Source: an uncultured virus (IMG/VR IMGVR_UViG_2562617116_000002) | Lineage: Duplodnaviria > Heunggongvirae > Uroviricota > Caudoviricetes | Length of the DNA: 20,000 nucleotides | IMG/VR virus record: IMGVR_UViG_2562617116_000002 | Location: 47,580-67,579 of that record | Strand: one strand, 5' to 3' | Shown here: in pieces, positions 15,099-20,000 of the stretch | Position numbering within the stretch: position 1 is the first letter of the stretch | Layout: every line of letters begins with the position of its first letter | Notes under the pieces: generated by a model | Databases searched by the model: none | Seen by the model: the letters and a program-made list of their open reading frames with translations, nothing else | What the model was told of the DNA's origin: nothing | Translations under genes and position numbers: made by a program

Positions 15099-16157
15099 CT
15101 ATTTGCGTCGCGTTTTTCGTTCCTTATTAAGTTTTCCAGTTATTTGTGCTAGAGGAGAATGTTTTTTATGTTGGGCTTTTAGCGACTGCTTTGACAAGTG
15201 AGTATATCGTTTCACCATTCGCATATCTGCGTGACCTAGAAGGGCTTGTAGGTGTCTTATATCTCCGCCATCCTCTAAAAACATCGTAGCGCCTGTGTGT
15301 CTTATCAGGTGTGGATGTACTCGTTTCTTTATGCCCGCTTTCTCCGCATAAGTATTTAGTCGCTGTCTGAAATGGTTTGTTGTCATTTTTTCTCCATAGT
15401 TTGTTAGGAAGACATAGTCACTATCAAAATCCTCATTTTCCTTAATTAATTCTTTTAAGAGGTTCATCGTCCTTTTTTCTAACGGGACAAATCTCCCTTT
15501 CCGTGTTTTGACGTCCCACGCGCTAAGATACACTGTGTCAGATGAGAAATCGACATTGTCCTCAGTTAACGACAATATCTCACCGACACGTGTCATCGAG
15601 TCGATTAAACAGGTTAACGCAACATAATCGCGAAACCCTACATACGAACGTTGATCCGGAATGGAAAGTAATTTCCGCATTTCATCCGGAGATAAGATAT
15701 TGACCATCTCTTCCGGATCTGTCACCAATTTCGTCTCTTCGAAAGGATTTTCAGCCGCAGACCCTGCTTTTATACAAAAACGAAAAAACGTCCGCATAGT
15801 TTTTATGTAGTCGTTAACCGATTTCGGGGAGAGTCCGGGCGTCTTATGTTCGTCCTTCTTAAATTTATGGCCGTCGAATTTTACGCGCTCATGCAGGAGC
15901 CACGATACGAATCCGCGCGCAAAGTCAACGTCGATATCTCGTATATCATCGCCTACACCGACCATCTTCGCGTACTCAAGTAAATAACGACAGGCACGCA
16001 TATACCGATCTATTGTTTCGGGAGCCCTATTTTCCGCTCTCTTTGCGTCGCATAGTTTTTCAAACATCGTTGTTATCGAATAAATACCACTGCGTTTAGT
16101 CTTCGTTAAAGACCTTCCGTTTTTAACTCGCTTCCCCTTCCGTCGTTCTGAATGCAT
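15099..16157 (-). CDS. int: Tyrosine recombinase / phage integrase, 352 aa
   Basis: Catalytic R (TRVGE), K (KTRK), HLIRH, LGH and Y (KRYTH); AGGAGG RBS; next to tRNA. Confidence 0.93.
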   Translation of the reverse strand: MHSERRKGKRVKNGRSLTKTKRSGIYSITTMFEKLCDAKRAENRAPETIDRYMRACRYLLEYAKMVGVGDDIRDIDVDFARGFVSWLLHERVKFDGHKFKKDEHKTPGLSPKSVNDYIKTMRTFFRFCIKAGSAAENPFEETKLVTDPEEMVNILSPDEMRKLLSIPDQRSYVGFRDYVALTCLIDSMTRVGEILSLTEDNVDFSSDTVYLSAWDVKTRKGRFVPLEKRTMNLLKELIKENEDFDSDYVFLTNYGEKMTTNHFRQRLNTYAEKAGIKKRVHPHLIRHTGATMFLEDGGDIRHLQALLGHADMRMVKRYTHLSKQSLKAQHKKHSPLAQITGKLNKERKTRRK

Positions 16158-16158
16158 G

Positions 16159-16191
16159 AAAAAACCGCCTCCTAAATTCGTTTAGAAGACG
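16159..16191 (-). terminator. Terminator-like hairpin that contains the integrase RBS
   Basis: CGTCT(T/C)CTAAA-CGAA-TTTAGGAGGCG followed by GTTTTTT and then CATG. Confidence 0.65.
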
Positions 16192-16203
16192 ATTGATAAT
16201 CGA

Positions 16204-16275
16204 TGCGCTACACTGTCGGATTTAGGTGCGTTACACTGCGATTAGTCATCGTGTAAGTCACCGTTTAGTCATCGT
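16204..16275. repeat. Candidate integrase arm / Xis binding sites
   Basis: TGCG(C/T)TACACTG at 16204 and 16227; T(T/A)AGTCA(T/C)CGT at 16242, 16254 and 16265; all between the att core and int. Confidence 0.55.
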
Positions 16276-16301
16276 TGATATAGCGCTGTTTATTCGCAAG
16301 A

Positions 16302-16343
16302 TGGAGCATAGCGGGCTCGAACCGCTGACCTCTACACTGCCAG
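16302..16343 (-). other. 3' 42 nt of tRNA-Ala (anticodon loop to discriminator); probable att core sequence
   Basis: Begins exactly at the first base of the 7-nt anticodon loop (CTGGCAG). Confidence 0.55.
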
Positions 16344-16481
16344 NCCGCCTCCTAAATTCGTTTAGGAGACGATTGATAATCGATGCGCTACACTGTCGGA
16401 TTTAGGTGCGTTACACTGCGATTAGTCATCGTGTAAGTCACCGTTTAGTCATCGTTGATATAGCGCTGTTTATTCGCAAGA

Positions 16482-16554
16482 TGGAGCATAGCGGGCTCGA
16501 ACCGCTGACCTCTACACTGCCAGTGTAGCGCTCTCCCAGCTGAGCTAATGCCCC
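16482..16554 (-). tRNA. tRNA-Ala(GGC), 73 nt, CCA not encoded; prophage attachment site
   Basis: GGGGCATTAGCTCAGCTGGGAGAGCGCTACACTGGCAGTGTAGAGGTCAGCGGTTCGAGCCCGCTATGCTCCA folds as a cloverleaf; anticodon GGC; G3:U70 identity pair. Confidence 0.96.
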
Positions 16555-16574
16555 GTATATTTAAGACATGATTT

Positions 16575-16603
16575 ATTATAGATGGATTTTTGGAGAAAAG
16601 CAA
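16575..16603 (-). promoter_or_regulatory. SigA promoter of tRNA-Ala
   Basis: TTGCTT-17 nt-TATAAT, 20 nt upstream of the tRNA. Confidence 0.75.
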
Positions 16604-16615
16604 GTGGTTTTTGAT

Positions 16616-16658
16616 GTGAAAAAGAAAATGCTCTGTCAGCCGGCATTTTCTTTTTCAC
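16616..16658. terminator. Long hairpin, probable terminator after the ARH gene
   Basis: GTGAAAAAGAAAATGC-11 nt-GCATTTTCTTTTTCAC perfect inverted repeat. Confidence 0.7.
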
Positions 16659-16669
16659 CTAGACAAGCG

Positions 16670-17656
16670 CTATTGCTTTGATTTTTCAAAACAGAACTGA
16701 GTGAACCTTTCAGACAAATCCAGAATGTCATCTATCCTAGGCAAGGCAGTGATCCATTCTTCCGGGATGCTTTCCATTTGATCATACATTCCAGCCATTG
16801 TACCTGTAATAAAGGCAATTGTATCTGTGTCTTCCCCCAGGTTCACTGCTTCCAATACAGCATCAGAATAACGGTCTGAATTGAGGAAACACCACAATGC
16901 CGCTTCTAAAGAGTGCACAACATAGCCGTCTGACATGATGTTTTCTCTTTTAACACTCGCAATGTCATCATTAAGTATCCTCTTATACGAAGAAAACTCA
17001 TTTTCATACTCGGTTCCTCTCAAATTCTCCAAACAAGAATGGACTGCTTGTTTATACGCCTCTTTAGGAGAATGATCAAACAAGTTTATTAAGAATTCTA
17101 TATAAATGATACATCCCAGCGTAGATCGGGGATGACGATGTGTAATAAATGCCCACCTTTCGATCTCAGCTTGTCTTTTTGAAAAATCTGATTCGTTCCA
17201 TAGCATAAAAGCCAACGGAGATATTCTCATCAATGCTCCGTTTCCATTATCAAACTCAGACGCTCCGCCGCATTGTTCAATTGGAACGCCCCTTTTGAAG
17301 CGCTCGATTGCATCATCAGTCGCTCTGCCAATATCAAACATGCTGCCGTATGGAGTCCAGTACCCTTCCCGATACGCAGCAAACTTTTTCATCAATTCGG
17401 TCTCATCTTTTTCTTCGATCAGATTCTCCATTAAACACAAAGTGAGTGATGTATCATCTGACCATGTCCCAGGCGGTTGATTATAAGTCCCGTACCCTAT
17501 CATTCCAGTGATATTTAATTTTCTAGCTTTAAATTCCACAGGGACGCCCAGCGCATCACCGATAACCCCGCCAAGGATAGTGGAGTACAGTCTTTTTTTA
17601 AATTGTGAGATATGGTTATCATCGTTCCACTGAAACGATATTATTCTTCTTTTCAT
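16670..17656 (-). CDS. ADP-ribosylglycohydrolase (ARH/DraG family), 328 aa
   Basis: GDALG, WSDDT, GNGALMR, ITH and DTDT motifs; start re-assigned to ATG 17656 (upstream ATG 17695 also possible). Confidence 0.92.
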   Translation of the reverse strand: MKRRIISFQWNDDNHISQFKKRLYSTILGGVIGDALGVPVEFKARKLNITGMIGYGTYNQPPGTWSDDTSLTLCLMENLIEEKDETELMKKFAAYREGYWTPYGSMFDIGRATDDAIERFKRGVPIEQCGGASEFDNGNGALMRISPLAFMLWNESDFSKRQAEIERWAFITHRHPRSTLGCIIYIEFLINLFDHSPKEAYKQAVHSCLENLRGTEYENEFSSYKRILNDDIASVKRENIMSDGYVVHSLEAALWCFLNSDRYSDAVLEAVNLGEDTDTIAFITGTMAGMYDQMESIPEEWITALPRIDDILDLSERFTQFCFEKSKQ

Positions 17657-17754
17657 TTGGCACACCCGCTTTGTTGATTCATCTTGAAAACGCATGGAGA
17701 TCGATTTCCATGCGTTTTAGTTTTATTTGCTCTTCTTTTTTTTAACCCATTCAA

Positions 17755-18393
17755 TTAATTATTAAAATAGTCACTAACTATTCTATCTAATTTGTCGTTT
17801 CCTTTTTCATTTTCAGAAAGATATTCTATAAAAAAATTATCAATTTCTTCATTTTTAAAATGACTAATATATAAGAACAATGTTTCCAAACTATGATTTG
17901 TTGTCCACTCTTTCAATTGTCTGCGTCCTATCTTAATCGAATCCTCTATAAAATAGTCATCCTTTATTTCCATTAATAATTCTAAAATAAAATCTCTCTC
18001 ATCCTGATTCTCTCCTTGCAATATCTCGCGCATTTCATCTTGACTCATTTCTTGTATATATATATCCTTTTTCGCCCTCCAAAAATCATCTAAGGCAGTA
18101 CCATCTTCCTCATAAAACATGGACCAAAATCCACTATAAGAAATAAATTTATGAGTAAGCTTATACTCATCTTCTGCTATTTTTTTTTCAACATAATTAG
18201 AATTGTTGTTTGAGACAGTTTTAAAATATTTTGCTTCATATGGAATTACACTTCCGTAATCATCCTGAATTCTAAATGAGTTATAATTAATTTCTTCATC
18301 ATTTTTTTTATACTCACATTCATAAACGGAATAGATTTTGTTTTGTGTTATATCAGGTAAACTATTGTCTCTTTCTATACACTTTACTCTCAT
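17755..18393 (-). CDS. Probable cognate immunity protein, 212 aa
   Basis: Directly follows the toxin; shares the low GC of the toxin tip; acidic; GAGGTG RBS before ATG 18393. Confidence 0.7.
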   Translation of the reverse strand: MRVKCIERDNSLPDITQNKIYSVYECEYKKNDEEINYNSFRIQDDYGSVIPYEAKYFKTVSNNNSNYVEKKIAEDEYKLTHKFISYSGFWSMFYEEDGTALDDFWRAKKDIYIQEMSQDEMREILQGENQDERDFILELLMEIKDDYFIEDSIKIGRRQLKEWTTNHSLETLFLYISHFKNEEIDNFFIEYLSENEKGNDKLDRIVSDYFNN

Positions 18394-18398
18394 TTTAA

Positions 18399-20000
18399 TC
18401 ACCTCAGTTTAGACGGTACAAAATTGTCATCTAAATCTATAATCCAAAATAAATCCTTCGAGTCTTTTCGTAAATCTTTTGGTTTCGGGATTTTCAATTT
18501 ACTATCAAATGAGCTTACTTCACCAGTTCTTGAGTTTTGATAGTAATGTATCTTTCCCTCTCCAAACTCTGTTTTATATGAATATATCGATTCCATTTTC
18601 CACCAATCACTAATGTTCGAACCATCTCTAGTCAATATATCAACTGCCTTTTGATCCCATAAGTCGGCTCCATTAATTATTTTTTTTGAGTTGCTTATTA
18701 TATCACCTTTTAATAATTCCTTTTTTAGTAGTTGATATGCATATATATCAATAGAAACTGGATTATATTTTTCCGAACTATTTGTTGTCTTAGCACCAGA
18801 AGAACTACTCCCTTTGCCGACTTTCCCAGCCTCAATCTCCTTCTCAACCCGCTGAATCGAATCCTGCATCTTCGCTTTCGACGCCTTATGGGCGTCGTTG
18901 ACGTGGGCGGAGTAATTGGACCCTTTTCGGACGAGGGTGCCGCCGGCTCCTGCTTCTGCACCGCGGGCAATATCGCTCAAAGCGTCGGCGCTTTTGGCGA
19001 ATTGTTTTTTGATGGCGAAGCCTGCGTCGTTGAGTCGGTCTTGAGCTTTCAGCCCATTCACCTTCATGCGGTTCGCCCAGATGTTTTTGCTGTCTTTAAA
19101 AGATTGTACCATATGTTCTGTTTTGCTTGAAATTTGGCCGATTGTGGCTGCGCTTTTAAATGTACCTTTTGCCGCGGCTGCCCCCGGGATGATGTCAAGG
19201 GCGCCGAACACGCCTCTTTCAAACCTTTCGTCTGTGTTTAACTCCCGTTGTGTCATCCAGTCTTTTCCGGTTGCGGCGCTCGAAATATTGGCTCCTCCGT
19301 AGGCGACGGCCACCGTGAGACCTGCCGGTGCACAAAAGATGGTGAGCACGATGATGCCTGCACCGGCCAGAAGATCCCGCCACAATTCCTGATTCTTTTG
19401 GACATCTCCGATTGATTCGTATTCAAATCCGCGGGAAGAGGCAATCGCTTTCATGTATTCTTCATACGATAATTCGATGTCGGGGTGGTTGATCTGGAAT
19501 TCTTCAAATTCTTTGCTCAGTACGTGATCAAACGATTCCGAGTCTTTGAAGATATCATTTACGCTCACTTTCGCTTTGTCGGTTTCGACCGCTTGTTTGG
19601 ACATGCCGTATCCGACGTAAGTGGTTTCCTTGGAGCCGATCCGGTTCGCGGTCGTGTAATTATGTATCGTCAGTCCGCGCATTTTTTCGGCGAACGCGTC
19701 TATTTTTTTATAAAAAGGGCTGTCAATGTGATCTTCCACCAAACTGCCGGCTTTCATGCAAAAGTCAGCCAGCTTTTGATAATCCTTAAACAGTTCCTCG
19801 ATCTTGCTTTTTTTGCTTGTGTGGGTAAAGCTGATCGCCCTGTCGCTGTCCTTGTCTTTGATTTTGGATTCGATATCTTCCAAGAGATCGTTGAGTTTGA
19901 TAAGGCCGGCTTTCATACCGCCGCCATATGGTCCGCCCGTCAGCGCATCGAGCCCGTCTTTCATGCCCTGCCATTCTTCCGGTACGTATTTCACATCCAT
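18399..20000 (-). CDS. T7SSb polymorphic toxin, EsaD-like N-terminus plus pre-toxin TG domain plus variable C-terminal domain, 533 aa
   Basis: DSDRAISF and IDSPFYKKID recall the S. aureus EsaD N-terminus (from memory). Hydrophobic segment followed by AATGKDWMTQREL...ER (PT-TG). Abrupt GC drop near 18810. Start lies at the window edge, so the RBS is not visible. Confidence 0.8.
   Translation of the reverse strand: MDVKYVPEEWQGMKDGLDALTGGPYGGGMKAGLIKLNDLLEDIESKIKDKDSDRAISFTHTSKKSKIEELFKDYQKLADFCMKAGSLVEDHIDSPFYKKIDAFAEKMRGLTIHNYTTANRIGSKETTYVGYGMSKQAVETDKAKVSVNDIFKDSESFDHVLSKEFEEFQINHPDIELSYEEYMKAIASSRGFEYESIGDVQKNQELWRDLLAGAGIIVLTIFCAPAGLTVAVAYGGANISSAATGKDWMTQRELNTDERFERGVFGALDIIPGAAAAKGTFKSAATIGQISSKTEHMVQSFKDSKNIWANRMKVNGLKAQDRLNDAGFAIKKQFAKSADALSDIARGAEAGAGGTLVRKGSNYSAHVNDAHKASKAKMQDSIQRVEKEIEAGKVGKGSSSSGAKTTNSSEKYNPVSIDIYAYQLLKKELLKGDIISNSKKIINGADLWDQKAVDILTRDGSNISDWWKMESIYSYKTEFGEGKIHYYQNSRTGEVSSFDSKLKIPKPKDLRKDSKDLFWIIDLDDNFVPSKLR

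Larger units (their letters stand above)
1..16523 (-). mobile_element. Temperate prophage (integrase/replication/regulation end) integrated at tRNA-Ala(GGC); continues beyond the left window edge
   Basis: Tyrosine integrase directly downstream of a tRNA 3' end. Dense co-oriented overlapping small ORFs, helicase/loader/primase/SSB, AimR-AimP and XRE regulators follow. No structural genes in the window. Confidence 0.92.
16165..16523. repeat. 179-bp direct duplication (16165-16343 / 16345-16523) separated by a single N; probable scaffold join
   Basis: Copies identical except A16186 vs G16366; N at 16344. Confidence 0.85.

Noticed and set aside
16302..16343. Second tRNA gene or genuine tandem duplication
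   Set aside because: Only the 3' 42 nt are present and they abut an N; most simply a contig overlap.
942..19974. Antisense and alternate-frame ORFs in the track (e.g. 2016-2264, 6779-6973, 12750-13148, 15001-15201, 18732-19130)
   Set aside because: Shadow ORFs overlapping better-supported genes, without RBS or recognisable motifs.

Overview
Bacillus (subtilis/amyloliquefaciens-group-like, inferred) chromosome segment. Bases 1 to ~16520 are one end of a temperate prophage integrated at tRNA-Ala(GGC). Read on the minus strand from the tRNA, it carries a tyrosine integrase and its terminator, five tandem degenerate ~60-bp promoter-like repeats, and a replication operon (PD-(D/E)XK nuclease, HTH initiator with iteron-like repeats, small genes, DnaC/IstB-like loader, DnaB-like helicase, TOPRIM primase). 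Next come two oppositely oriented XRE regulators, an arbitrium module (aimR plus a 42-aa aimP missing from the ORF track, predicted peptide INIIGG), a sigma-70-like gene where aimX would be expected, a gp32-like SSB with a structured leader, and a second PD-(D/E)XK nuclease. The main observation is that the same bipartite motif, TGT(G)CC-N15/17-CGCAGTTAT, occurs five times before the replication operon, once before the sigma gene and once inside aimR just upstream of aimP. This suggests an arbitrium-controlled phage sigma-factor circuit with positive and negative feedback (inference). Host side (16670-20000): an EsaD-like T7SS polymorphic toxin with a low-GC C-terminal domain, its probable immunity gene, and an ADP-ribosylglycohydrolase. 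A 179-bp duplication around the N at 16344 is most likely an assembly join. All family assignments come from motif recognition by eye; no database search was run.
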